Shown: positions 1-11,612 of the stretch, piece after piece
Numbering within the stretch: the first letter of the stretch is position 1
Layout of the letters: the number at the start of each line of letters is the position of its first letter
From: an uncultured Psychrobacter sp.
Lineage (GTDB): Bacteria > Pseudomonadota > Gammaproteobacteria > Pseudomonadales > Moraxellaceae
Length of the DNA: 64,000 nucleotides
NCBI RefSeq assembly: GCF_947495825.1
Contig: NZ_CANMAH010000003.1
Span: 225,065-289,064, forward strand
Direction: 5' to 3'
Translations under genes and position numbers: made by a program
The notes under the pieces: generated by a model
Seen by the model: the letters and a program-made list of their open reading frames with translations, nothing else
What the model was told of the DNA's origin: nothing
Database searches by the model: none

Positions 1-999
1 TATAACGCTGAAGCAGTCGCTATTGTTCCAGGCTCTGGCACTTACGGAATGGAAGCTGTCGCCATGCAGCTAGCCAAAGATCAAGACTGTCTAATCATCC
101 GCAATGGTTGGTTTAGTTATCGCTGGACGCAAATTTTAGAAAAAGGCAACATTGCTAAGTCATCTACGGTCCTAACCGCTGACCGTACTGAAGATACCGA
201 TACGCCAAAACCATTTGCACCTGTCGATATCGAAACCGCTGTGGCTAAGATTAAAGAACAAAAACCAGCGATCGTCTTTGCTCCGCATGTCGAGACCTCA
301 GCCGGTATCATCTTGCCAGAAGACTACATTAAAGCGTTAGCAGATGCGACACACAGCGTTGGCGGCTTATTAGTAATTGATTGTATTGCCTCAGGTTGCG
401 TCTGGCTCGATATGAAAGAGTTGGGTATTGATGTGCTTATCAGCGCCCCGCAAAAAGGCTGGAGCAGCACCCCATGTGCTGGACTCGTCATGCTAAGCGA
501 TGCTGCCGTCAAACAAGTAGACAATACCGAGTCAAACAGCTTTAGCCTTGATTTAAAGCAGTGGCTAAACATCATGCGCGCTTATGAAAATGGTGGCCAT
601 GCTTATCATGCCACCATGCCAACAGATAGCTTGCGTCAGTTCCGCGATACTATCAATGAAGCTAAAGAGATCGGTTTTGATAAGCTGTGTGATGCGCAGT
701 GGGAATTGGGCAAGCGTGTCCGTAAAGTGCTAGAAGATAAAGGCATTGAGAGCGTCGCTGCTGAAGGCTTTAAAGCGCCAGGAGTCGTCGTTTCTTATAC
801 TGAACGTGATGATATGCATAAAGGTAGTGCTTTTGCTGAAGCTGGCATGCAAATCGCCTCTGGCGTACCATTAAAAGTGGGTGAGCCTGATAGCTTCAAA
901 ACCTTCCGCTTAGGTTTATTTGGCTTAGATAAGCTAACGGATATCGACGGTGCGGTACAACGTTTTGAGTCAGTACTTGATAAAGTATTAGCTAAATAA
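1..999 (+). CDS. Class V (AGXT/PhnW-like) PLP-dependent aminotransferase, 5'-truncated by the window edge
   Basis: Frame 1 is open from nt 1 (YNAEAVAIVPGSGTYGMEA...), so the ORF starts upstream of the listed Met at 49. It has a GSGTxxMEA motif and the SAPQKGW PLP-lysine context. A hairpin terminator follows the stop. Confidence 0.8.
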   Translation, partial: YNAEAVAIVPGSGTYGMEAVAMQLAKDQDCLIIRNGWFSYRWTQILEKGNIAKSSTVLTADRTEDTDTPKPFAPVDIETAVAKIKEQKPAIVFAPHVETSAGIILPEDYIKALADATHSVGGLLVIDCIASGCVWLDMKELGIDVLISAPQKGWSSTPCAGLVMLSDAAVKQVDNTESNSFSLDLKQWLNIMRAYENGGHAYHATMPTDSLRQFRDTINEAKEIGFDKLCDAQWELGKRVRKVLEDKGIESVAAEGFKAPGVVVSYTERDDMHKGSAFAEAGMQIASGVPLKVGEPDSFKTFRLGLFGLDKLTDIDGAVQRFESVLDKVLAK

Positions 1000-1030
1000 T
1001 ATCTGTATCTACTAAGCGGCTTTTGGCCAA

Positions 1031-1063
1031 AAAATACTGAGACTTTGTGCTCAGTATTTTTTT
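1031..1063 (+). terminator. Rho-independent terminator
   Basis: An 11-bp stem aaaatactgag/ctcagtatttt with an 8-nt loop runs into a T-tract. Confidence 0.65.
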
Positions 1064-1149
1064 GGCTTTTTATTATATTTTATAATATAATGTATTTTAA
1101 TAAATAGATTATTTATTAAATAATTAATAAAACTAGTGAGTAAACCGTT

Positions 1150-1587
1150 ATGAGTATACAAGTGGACTGGCAAGCATTTACGCCCATATCCTTAGTAGGT
1201 GGTTTGATGCTAGGAGTGGCGACTGTCATCTTGCTGCTGGGTATTGGGCGTATTGCTGGCATTAGTGGCATCTTTTCAAGTTTGCTCAAACCCAGGCGCG
1301 TGGAGATGTGGCAAGTTCTATTTATTGCTGGTCTAATCATCTCGCCTTTACTCTATAGTGCGTTCAGACCTTTGCCTGACATAGAAGTCAGCACCTCTTT
1401 ACCGCTGCTGATTGCAGCAGGGTTGCTAGTCGGCTTTGGTACGCGCTTAGGTTCAGGTTGCACAAGTGGTCATGGCATCTGCGGCAATGCGCGTATGTCA
1501 CCGCGCTCTATAGCAGCGACAGTGACTTTTATGCTCTTTGGTATCGTGACCGTCTATATCGGTCGTCATGTACTAGGGTTACTATAA
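1150..1587 (+). CDS. YeeE/YedE family membrane protein (half-size, sulfur-compound transport family)
   Basis: The protein is hydrophobic with about 4 TM segments and carries the family motif GSGCTSGHGICG. Confidence 0.8.
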   Translation: MSIQVDWQAFTPISLVGGLMLGVATVILLLGIGRIAGISGIFSSLLKPRRVEMWQVLFIAGLIISPLLYSAFRPLPDIEVSTSLPLLIAAGLLVGFGTRLGSGCTSGHGICGNARMSPRSIAATVTFMLFGIVTVYIGRHVLGLL

Positions 1588-1682
1588 ATGCAAAATGGCT
1601 TAGATAGCGTATTGCATAGACGGCGTTCGATACTTTTAATAAAAGATGATAGCGTAATAAAAGATGATAGCGAGATATAATA

Positions 1683-2102
1683 ATGCTAAAAAATATAATT
1701 GGATTACTGGCTGGATTATTATTCGGGTTTGGGCTGCTGATATCAGGTATGACCGATCCTGTTAAAGTACAAGGCTTTTTGGACGTTTTTGGTGCTTGGG
1801 ATATTTCTCTAGCCCTAGTGATGGGCGGCGGCCTAGCAGTTGCCATCGTTGGCGTACAGTTAGCCAGACGGCAAAAGAGCAGCTGGATTGGCACCGCAAT
1901 TGATATGCCAAACAAAACAGTCATCACAAAAAAATTGTTAATCGGTGCGATGCTATTTGGTATCGGCTGGGGATTGGTTGGTATTTGCCCGGGGCCAGGT
2001 ATTGTGCTGCTTGGCACTGGACAATGGCAGGCCTATGTATTTATCCCAGCGATGATAACAGGTATGCTTGCTTTTCAGTGGCTTGAGCCTAGGCTTAATT
2101 AA
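1683..2102 (+). CDS. YeeE/YedE-like membrane protein, second half-size partner
   Basis: The protein is hydrophobic, carries GICPGPG, and lies immediately downstream of the first half-size gene. Confidence 0.75.
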   Translation: MLKNIIGLLAGLLFGFGLLISGMTDPVKVQGFLDVFGAWDISLALVMGGGLAVAIVGVQLARRQKSSWIGTAIDMPNKTVITKKLLIGAMLFGIGWGLVGICPGPGIVLLGTGQWQAYVFIPAMITGMLAFQWLEPRLN

Positions 2103-2167
2103 CGTAAGCTTAATGAACGTAGGCTTGGCTAATGACAAGATTGGTTAGTAAAAAAGAAGTCTAAAAT

Positions 2168-2210
2168 AAAAAAAGGCTCAGTCTAAGAGAATAGATTGAG
2201 CCTTTTTTTT
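2168..2210. terminator. Bidirectional rho-independent terminator
   Basis: An A-tract, a 10-bp stem ggctcagtct/agattgagcc (one G-T pair) and a T-tract lie between convergent genes. Confidence 0.65.
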
Positions 2211-2269
2211 GTGACTTATTTTGTGATTTAAGCTTAAGCATGCAATAGCTTACAACTCAAATTCAAGAG

Positions 2270-3934
2270 CTATTTTGCACTAGACGTTACTTTTGGCGTC
2301 TCATGAGCAAGTGAGATGGCCGCTTGACGCAGCTCAAACTTTTGCACTTTACCGGTACTGGTTTTTGGAATTTCGGCAAAGATAATGTATTTAGGGACTT
2401 TAAAACCGGCTAAATGTTGCTTGCAGTGCTCCATAACCGTATCGCGCTGCAAGGTGCTGTCTTCATGAATCTCGATAAAGGCGACTGGTACTTCGCCCCA
2501 CTTATCATGCGGAGCAGCGACTACCGCGCAGCTTTGAATCGAAGGTAATTTATATAAGACGTTTTCGACTTCTATACTCGAGATATTTTCACCGCCTGAG
2601 ATGATGATGTCTTTGAGTCTATCCATGATTTTGATATAACCGTCAGGATACTTGACGCCCAAATCACCCGTACGGAACCAACCATCTGCAAAGGCTTCTT
2701 CAGTCGCTTTACGGCTTTTAAGATAACCTTTCATCACCATATTACCGCGTAGTGCCAGCTCACCCATCTCTTCACCATCGGCGGCAACCGGTTCCGTGGT
2801 ACCTTGCTTAAACAGCTCAAATCCAGTCATCAAATGCGAGGTCACGCCTTGACGCGACTTTTTTTGCGCACGTGCCGCGACATCAAGATCATCCCATTCA
2901 GCTTGCTCAGCACAGACGGTAACTGGTCCATACACTTCAGTTAGACCGTACACATGCGAGATATGAAAGCCCATCGCCTCCATAGCCGCTAGCATGGTTT
3001 CAGACGGCGGCGCACCAGCGACCCAACCCTTGACTTCGTGGTTAATCGCTTCTTTATACTCAGGCTTACCGCCAGCAATCATGTTATGTACGATAGGCGC
3101 TGAACAATAATGCGTCACTTTATGCTTAGCAATGAGCTGAAGAATTAAGTCGGCATCGATTTTACGTAAGCAGACATTGACACCAGCACGCTCAGCGATG
3201 GTCCACGGAAAACACCAGCCGTTACAGTGAAACAAGGGTAGTGTCCATAAGTACATGGGGTGTTTGGGCATATCCCAATCTAGAATATTGGAGACAGCAT
3301 TAAGCGTGGCACCGCGATGGTGATAGACGACGCCCTTAGGCTTGCCCGTCGTACCGGATGTATAATTGAGCGCAATCGCTTCCCATTCATCCGCAGGCTT
3401 TTCCCAATTATCTAGACTGTCTGAGCTGGCAACCAATTCTTCATAGCTCATCCGTCCAAAACGCTCTACATCGACTGCAGCATCTGTTGCATGAATGACG
3501 ATCAAGTTTGGAAAAGTTTCATCGATAATCTCAGCATGTTCAGCAAACTCACTGTCCAAGATTAAGACTTTGGCTTCTGAATGCTGTAGACAAAAGGTCA
3601 AGGCATTGATATCGAGACGCGTATTCAACGTACACAATACGCCACCTGACATCGGCACACCAAACGCGCACTCAACCATCGCTGGCGTGTTCGGCATCAT
3701 AACCGCGACTGTGTCATTCTTATCGATACCAAGCTTACGCAAACCATCTGCCAGCTGGCGGCAACGATCGTAAGTTTGCTGCCACGTTTGGGTGAGGCTA
3801 TTGTGCTCTAGATCGTCATAAATGATGGCAGTCTTGTCAGGATAAACCTGTGCACTACGGATAATAAAGTCAATTGGAGTAAGTGGTTGATAATTGGCTT
3901 CGTTTTTGCCAAGACCTGTGTGAAAGTCGGTCAT
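2270..3934 (-). CDS. AMP-dependent acyl-CoA synthetase/ligase
   Basis: AMP-binding motifs YTSGTTGKPKGV and GWFRTGDLG, plus the C-terminal PKTSTGKVQKF. Confidence 0.9.
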   Translation of the reverse strand: MTDFHTGLGKNEANYQPLTPIDFIIRSAQVYPDKTAIIYDDLEHNSLTQTWQQTYDRCRQLADGLRKLGIDKNDTVAVMMPNTPAMVECAFGVPMSGGVLCTLNTRLDINALTFCLQHSEAKVLILDSEFAEHAEIIDETFPNLIVIHATDAAVDVERFGRMSYEELVASSDSLDNWEKPADEWEAIALNYTSGTTGKPKGVVYHHRGATLNAVSNILDWDMPKHPMYLWTLPLFHCNGWCFPWTIAERAGVNVCLRKIDADLILQLIAKHKVTHYCSAPIVHNMIAGGKPEYKEAINHEVKGWVAGAPPSETMLAAMEAMGFHISHVYGLTEVYGPVTVCAEQAEWDDLDVAARAQKKSRQGVTSHLMTGFELFKQGTTEPVAADGEEMGELALRGNMVMKGYLKSRKATEEAFADGWFRTGDLGVKYPDGYIKIMDRLKDIIISGGENISSIEVENVLYKLPSIQSCAVVAAPHDKWGEVPVAFIEIHEDSTLQRDTVMEHCKQHLAGFKVPKYIIFAEIPKTSTGKVQKFELRQAAISLAHETPKVTSSAK

Positions 3935-4319
3935 AAGGATAGTCCTTTATCTTTAACGTATTGTAGTTTTGTCGTTCTCATACTAGATTTTATCTGCTAA
4001 TAGCTATCTTCATCAACAGGTAGCCCATTTATTATAGATAGCTATCATCAATAAGTGAGTTTGTTCTGTAGCCTCAATTTACTAAGTGACATATACGGAA
4101 GTTAAATACAGAAAATATAGTGTTCACTCACCAGTCGTTTGTCTGCGTAGCTGATAATAATAGCGGTGTGTTACGATAGAATGCATATTGAATCATCAAA
4201 TACTTACCATTCTTAAGCACAATATACCTCATCTACAACGATATGGACACAGGAGAGTCAAACGCAGGCGATGTCACCGTATAATATATGATATTGCCCA
4301 TGTATTCATATCATAGTGA

Positions 4320-6554
<2,235 letters not shown>

Positions 6555-6580
6555 CAGATTTACTTGAGTTAGTTATGAGG

Positions 6581-6609
6581 CGGCAGGGATATGATTAACT
6601 GCCGTTTTT
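6581..6609 (+). terminator. Probable fadH terminator
   Basis: A 6-bp stem cggcag/ctgccg is followed by ttttt. Confidence 0.45.
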
Positions 6610-6637
6610 AAGAAACAGCAGTTAATATAATTACGCT

Positions 6638-7600
6638 TTATTCAAAAACTTCTATTCTGTAACCATGTTTTAGTAATTGCTGTATTTCAAATTGTTCAAA
6701 ATATTGAATTGAATAGTTAGGGTTTTGTATAGTTCTGTCAAATGTATTTGTTCTACAGATTTGATATTTTTGTTTATAAGATCTTTCATAGTTTCTAAAG
6801 ATAGTCTCAATTTTTATGTTTTCGATAATGCTTATTACAAATGCCTTAAAATCATCATCAGTTATAGAAAGAAAAGAGTGTTCTGGCATGGTTGCAAGCT
6901 TAAAATCTATAAGGTATGTATCGCATATCTCAGTATTTTTACTATCAATAACTTGAAATATGACTTCTTGAAAGTAACATGAATCGCGGGGCTTTTCTAA
7001 TAGATTTACATCTATTAATTTTCCACCACCACCTTTGTTAGTTACCTTTATTGAAAAATTTATTTCTGTAATGAAGTAAGTACTCATCACAAGGTTTTTT
7101 AACTCTGGAGCGCCCTCTAGTAAGTTTACCTTATATTTTTTATCTGTTGCTTGCTCTAAGAGCTGAACGTTAAAGTAATGTATTTTAGAAAAAATAAAAA
7201 TAGGTACTTTTGACTTTGCCTCTAACAAGTAAAGATTAAACTGCTCTTCATTAATCTTCAGTTGAGATTTTAGTGCTTCTGATTGCTCTTTGAGAGCTTG
7301 TTCAGAACCTTGTTGAGCCTTAATCGACTCTTTAAGTTCAAATCGCTGTAGTCTAAGCTCCTTACTTTGAATTAGGTAAGCCTCTATAAATCCATAAAAA
7401 GCTAAAATAGAAAATATTCCTGATAAAAATGCGCCAATGTCGCCAAGAGATAATGAACGTACTGTATTATCAGGAGAGCAATTTAGCCAAAATGAAAAAA
7501 TGACCCCGCAGGTAAGAAGCCATCCTATAGCAATAAACTTAGATCTTTTAGGTATCTTTATTTTCAGCTCATTATCTATAGAGTCTTGATTGTCCAACAT
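6638..7600 (-). CDS. Hypothetical membrane protein: 2 TM helices, a coiled coil and a beta-rich C-terminal domain
   Basis: An AAGGTGA RBS lies 6-7 nt before the ATG. The two hydrophobic helices are FIAIGWLLTCGVIFSFWL and IGAFLSGIFSILAFYGFIEAYLI. A heptad-like segment follows (SKELRLQRFELKESIKAQQGSEQALKEQSEALKSQLKINEEQF). I recognise no family motif. The gene is very AT-rich. Confidence 0.65.
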   Translation of the reverse strand: MLDNQDSIDNELKIKIPKRSKFIAIGWLLTCGVIFSFWLNCSPDNTVRSLSLGDIGAFLSGIFSILAFYGFIEAYLIQSKELRLQRFELKESIKAQQGSEQALKEQSEALKSQLKINEEQFNLYLLEAKSKVPIFIFSKIHYFNVQLLEQATDKKYKVNLLEGAPELKNLVMSTYFITEINFSIKVTNKGGGGKLIDVNLLEKPRDSCYFQEVIFQVIDSKNTEICDTYLIDFKLATMPEHSFLSITDDDFKAFVISIIENIKIETIFRNYERSYKQKYQICRTNTFDRTIQNPNYSIQYFEQFEIQQLLKHGYRIEVFE

Positions 7601-7679
7601 GGTTAATCACCTTAATAGGCTGTTATAAGGAAGAATAAATATATATTTTACAAGGATTGTGAACCATCAACTCTATAAT

Positions 7680-8684
7680 CTAACCTTCCATCTCGCTAAT
7701 CAACCATTTCCCAAAATCGCTAACTTGCGCTGACAACTCAGGTTGCGAGTTTGCCAACTCAGCAAGCTTAGCTTTTACCTCACTACGATTGTATTTAGTG
7801 CCCGTTAAAGTCTGCTTCAACAAGTCGATCAGCTCCACATTTAGCGCATCAGAGAAGATGACCACCTCGCTAATGACTGCTTGCTTGACATCAAGGTGCA
7901 AATCAATAATGCCCCAATCAAATCGCGTCTCGATATGATGGCTAAATTCAGGCGTCTTACCAAAGCGCCAATCCCAATCTGCCATTTGTTGATAGTATTT
8001 ATTGAGAGCTGGCTGCTTGGCGAGACTGGCTTCATCCAGCTCTTCTACTGGCGCGGTATCATTATAATATTCGTAAAACGCCTCGATAATCGCATCCGAT
8101 AAAGTCTCGTGATTGATATTCTCGTTAAACTCAATCAGGTTAGCAACGCGCGCACGAACCGATTTAATGCCTTTGGCTTTGAGTTTAAGCGGATGGGGGT
8201 TGAGATAGTCGCCGAGCTTTTGCATGTTGGCATTGACAAGTAACGTACCATGATGAAAGCTGCGATCGGCGGCATGTTTAAAGGCGCTGCCTGATATTTT
8301 CTTATCACCAACTTGCATATCATTACGCCCAGATAAATCTGCATCTATGCCTAACTTCTTAAGCGCGTTAATAATAATGGTAAAGTTTGCGTCTTGGTCG
8401 TAGTCGGCTTTGGGCGATAAAAAGGTGAAGTTGGTATTGCCCAAATCATGAAACACCGCGCCGCCGCCACTCTGCCGCCGCGCCAAAAACACGTCGTCTT
8501 CTTCCATTTTGTCAATTTTGCATTCTACCCACGGGTTTTGCGAGCGCCCAATAACCACGGTCTCGCTATTGCGCCATAAGAATAGCGTGTGCGAGTCGGG
8601 ATTCAGCGTGTTAAATATCCAATCTTCGGTCGCGAGGTTAAACCACGGGTTGGTCACGGCAGACTTTAGAATGCGCAGTTTCAT
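7680..8684 (-). CDS. lplA: Lipoate-protein ligase A
   Basis: The sequence is LplA-like throughout: NPWFNLATEDWIF, RRQSGGGAVFHDLGN and KISGSAFK (the lipoyl-AMP binding lysine context). Confidence 0.9.
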   Translation of the reverse strand: MKLRILKSAVTNPWFNLATEDWIFNTLNPDSHTLFLWRNSETVVIGRSQNPWVECKIDKMEEDDVFLARRQSGGGAVFHDLGNTNFTFLSPKADYDQDANFTIIINALKKLGIDADLSGRNDMQVGDKKISGSAFKHAADRSFHHGTLLVNANMQKLGDYLNPHPLKLKAKGIKSVRARVANLIEFNENINHETLSDAIIEAFYEYYNDTAPVEELDEASLAKQPALNKYYQQMADWDWRFGKTPEFSHHIETRFDWGIIDLHLDVKQAVISEVVIFSDALNVELIDLLKQTLTGTKYNRSEVKAKLAELANSQPELSAQVSDFGKWLISEMEG

Positions 8685-8790
8685 TGGGTGTCCTTTTTAT
8701 TATGGAGATTGTTAGTAGCAGCTATTGTTGCCCATGCAAGGTTGGAATTCAATGGAGATGTAATAGAAGGATAGAAAGATAGTCATTTTA

Positions 8791-8827
8791 AATAAAAAGG
8801 TTAAAGGTAGACTATTACCTTTAACCT
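8791..8827 (-). terminator. Rho-independent terminator of the M28 peptidase gene
   Basis: A perfect 12-bp stem aggttaaaggta/tacctttaacct with a 6-nt loop is preceded by an A-tract on the + strand (a T-tract on the - strand). Confidence 0.7.
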
Positions 8828-8864
8828 TGAGTATTGCTATTGATTACTAATATTAAGCACTGTT

Positions 8865-9977
8865 TTATCGAATAGACTCAGCTTGTACTTGTTCTGCGAT
8901 AAGTTTGGTAACAATTTGAGCAAAAGCACTCATGCGCTGTTTGATCCGCTCCTCGCCCAATGCTTGCGTCAATACTGCTTCGTTATCCACATCTGGGTTG
9001 TGCCATGAATAGCCACCGGGAATATCAGGATTATCCGTTTGCGTATAGCCATCAAAATCTGGTCCCAAGCTCCAGTTGGTTGCTTCAAAGGCGACGACAG
9101 GCATAATACTGTCAAATGACTCTTGATCGCTACAACAGCCAACGCCAAGAGGTTTATAAGGTTCGGTTTCGCCCGGAGGAATGATAGCTGGATTTACTTG
9201 CAAGCCAAGGTTAAGCTCGTTTGCAATACGCAGCGCCGCTTCGCGTAATTTGACGTTGGCTGCGATCTCATTGCCGTCATCGTCGTAACTATTGTCCCCA
9301 GCGTTGGCATACATATTATCGCCTGTGAGCAAGCTGTCTAGATTTATCATGCCGATGGCATTGTCAATCTCATCTTGGCTTAAGCTTTCTACAAATGCCT
9401 TGGAACCTTGCAGTCCGCCTTCTTCAGAGCCAAATGCCACGAATTTAATCGTATCTGCGGTATTGACTCCGTTAAAATGATAGACCAGCTCGCTTAGTAC
9501 GCCAGAACCTGAGGCATTGTCATCTAATCCTTCAAGCTCGATATAATTAGGATACTGCGTTGCCGAATCATAATGAGCGCCTACGTATAAGGTTCGTCCG
9601 GTATTTTCTGTGCCTTCGTGAGTAACGACCACATTTTGACTGGTAATCGATTGATCAGCAAATGGCCCTCTAGAGGCGACAAAGGTAAAAGGCTGTAGTA
9701 TCACCTCATCGCCATTATCGCCAAAGGTCATGCGCTGTTTCATATATTGAGCAGCGGCAAGCTCGGTACTCGATCCCATATAACGACCCGGATAATCACG
9801 CGCCAAGGTCAGTGCCGTATCAGTACCATACTCACCGTATGTAGGTACAGTAACAAATACGGCTTCGCTATCATCATCATTACATGCGGCCACCCCTGCA
9901 ACCATGATAGCTACAGCCATAATTTTCATCGTTTGTTTTGAGGTTTGTTTCGCTATTATCTGTAACATCGTCAGCAT
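8865..9977 (-). CDS. M28 family metallopeptidase (aminopeptidase-like) lipoprotein
   Basis: The signal peptide has the lipobox VAGVAAC. The M28-type metal-ligand contexts are GAHYDS, DDNASG, FGSEEGGLQGS and NLDS. Met at 9968, which has an AGGGA RBS, is an alternative start. Confidence 0.8.
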   Translation of the reverse strand: MLTMLQIIAKQTSKQTMKIMAVAIMVAGVAACNDDDSEAVFVTVPTYGEYGTDTALTLARDYPGRYMGSSTELAAAQYMKQRMTFGDNGDEVILQPFTFVASRGPFADQSITSQNVVVTHEGTENTGRTLYVGAHYDSATQYPNYIELEGLDDNASGSGVLSELVYHFNGVNTADTIKFVAFGSEEGGLQGSKAFVESLSQDEIDNAIGMINLDSLLTGDNMYANAGDNSYDDDGNEIAANVKLREAALRIANELNLGLQVNPAIIPPGETEPYKPLGVGCCSDQESFDSIMPVVAFEATNWSLGPDFDGYTQTDNPDIPGGYSWHNPDVDNEAVLTQALGEERIKQRMSAFAQIVTKLIAEQVQAESIR

Positions 9978-10170
9978 CCCTGTTTTAGTTATTGAAAAAG
10001 ACCTAATAAGTAATATAGAACGTTTTTAGACCAAAGTGTAAATAGTTTTATAGGGACATTGTCGTCAGTTGTGTTTTGACGGAGGTGGGTGGATAGCAGA
10101 TTGGGGTAATGACTGTAAAGGGTGGTCTATAGAGGTCTTAATAAAGCTTGGACGTAATTTTGATTTTAGC

Positions 10171-10201
10171 GTAGGGTGGGTTAGCGAATGCGTAACCCAC
10201 C
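10171..10201. repeat. REP-like palindromic element (left)
   Basis: GTAGGGTGGGTTAgcgaatgcgTAACCCACC has perfect 9-bp arms GGTGGGTTA/TAACCCACC. Confidence 0.8.
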
Positions 10202-10302
10202 TAATATGTCTAAAAAAGATAAGTTGTATACAGTATTCAATTAATGTAAAAGGTTAAGCTTACAAAATAATTTTACTGTTAGTTTAGTGTAGAAGGAAAC
10301 AC

Positions 10303-11109
10303 ATGATTTTATACAAATATATGTCATTATCAGGTGCGATAAAAGCTATCGAAACGTCATCTATTGGTTTTACACACTTAGAAGACTTTAATGATCCTTT
10401 TGAATGTACTGCTTTTGGTTTTAAAGAAAAACCGAATTTTATGGTAAGTCCTCAAATAGCTCAAAACGCTTGTAAAAATAGATTCTCTCGAGGATATGCC
10501 GTATTGTCTTTGTCCAGACAACCACTGAACTCATTAATGTGGTCTCATTATGGGGATTCTCATCAAGGAGTTGTTATTGGTATTGATGTTGACGAAGCTA
10601 ACTTTCATTCACTTTCCGATAATTTTATTCCATACCAGTTTGGTGAGATTGTATATACAAAAACTAAACCGCAGAATGATTTAGATATAATTAACGATGA
10701 TGAATTAATGAATATTGGCAAAAATACTCTGTTCGAAGGAAACTTATTTAACCTTGCGAAAAGAGCTTTTTTATACAAATCATTAGATTGGGCTTACGAA
10801 GAGGAGGTAAGAGTAGTAAAAGAAGTTAAAAGTCTAAAAGCTAGCTATCATACCAGTGAAGGGGTTTTTGGAGACTTCAATATAGTCAGAATACAAAACA
10901 GACCCCTATACTGTTTTTCTATTCCTCAAAGTTCAATCAAAGAAGTTTATTTAGGTAAAAATATTTATAAAAATATATCGAGAACGGCAACAGTTTCTCA
11001 AAATGAATATGAGTCTTTAATTCAGGGCTGGCAAGACCAAGACATTGAAGTTTACTACTGTGAATGCGAATTAAATTCTTGGGATCTAAAGAAAAGAGCT
11101 AGTAGATAA
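10303..11109 (+). CDS. DUF2971 domain-containing protein
   Basis: N-terminal LYKYMSL...FNDPFEC and LMWSHYGDSHQGVVIGID match my recollection of the DUF2971 signature. An AAGGA RBS is present. The gene is AT-rich. Confidence 0.8.
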   Translation: MILYKYMSLSGAIKAIETSSIGFTHLEDFNDPFECTAFGFKEKPNFMVSPQIAQNACKNRFSRGYAVLSLSRQPLNSLMWSHYGDSHQGVVIGIDVDEANFHSLSDNFIPYQFGEIVYTKTKPQNDLDIINDDELMNIGKNTLFEGNLFNLAKRAFLYKSLDWAYEEEVRVVKEVKSLKASYHTSEGVFGDFNIVRIQNRPLYCFSIPQSSIKEVYLGKNIYKNISRTATVSQNEYESLIQGWQDQDIEVYYCECELNSWDLKKRASR

Positions 11110-11124
11110 TTACCTAATTTCAAT

Positions 11125-11183
11125 GGTGGGTTACGCCTTGTCCTCATTCTCTACGAGAACTCGACAAGTCTAACCCACCCTAC
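11125..11183. repeat. REP-like palindromic element (right)
   Basis: GGTGGGTTAcgcCTTGTC...GACAAGtcTAACCCACCCTAC has the same 9-bp arms as the left element plus an inner CTTGTC/GACAAG pair. Confidence 0.8.
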
Positions 11184-11229
11184 GGCAAAATTCATATTTC
11201 ATGCAATATCTAACCCAATAAAACCACAC

Positions 11230-11541
11230 TCAAATTTCAATCTTTTCTCCAATATTCGGCAGCAATTTATCAATCTGATGCTGACTAAATACCTTGGCAC
11301 CGCGGGAGACGGTTGCTATGCCGACACCAAGCTTTGCACTGATTTCTCTTTGGATCATACCTTGTTGCAGAAGGGCAAATATAGTTAAGCGGTTGGCAAG
11401 CTCCGTTTGTTCTTTATCGGTCATGAGCGCAGCAAATATCGCTGATAGACGTTCTGTGTCATCAGTTTCGACCAGTAGCTTAAGTAGATAATCATAAGCG
11501 CCGCTTGCTTGATTGTTCGCCTGAATGTCTTTTTGTGACAT
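11230..11541 (-). CDS. trpR: Trp repressor family transcriptional regulator
   Basis: LMTDKEQTELANRLTIFALLQQGMIQREISAKLGVGIATVSRGAK aligns with the helix-turn-helix region of E. coli TrpR ([47 protein letters not shown]). Confidence 0.85.
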   Translation of the reverse strand: MSQKDIQANNQASGAYDYLLKLLVETDDTERLSAIFAALMTDKEQTELANRLTIFALLQQGMIQREISAKLGVGIATVSRGAKVFSQHQIDKLLPNIGEKIEI

Positions 11542-11612
11542 CTTAATATCCTCATAATATCTTCTTAATGAATCAAACTAGCTAATAAACACTTTCAGAT
11601 CGTTTCTAGTTA

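Noticed and set aside
1529-2017. A 162-aa minus-strand ORF spanning the YeeE/YedE pair
   Set aside because: It overlaps two motif-supported plus-strand membrane genes. Its Pro/Ile-rich translation is typical of antisense reading of a hydrophobic gene.
10069-10257. A 62-aa ORF upstream of the DUF2971 gene
   Set aside because: It reads straight through the REP-like hairpin (…GWVSECVTHL…) and has no RBS, so it is most likely non-coding.
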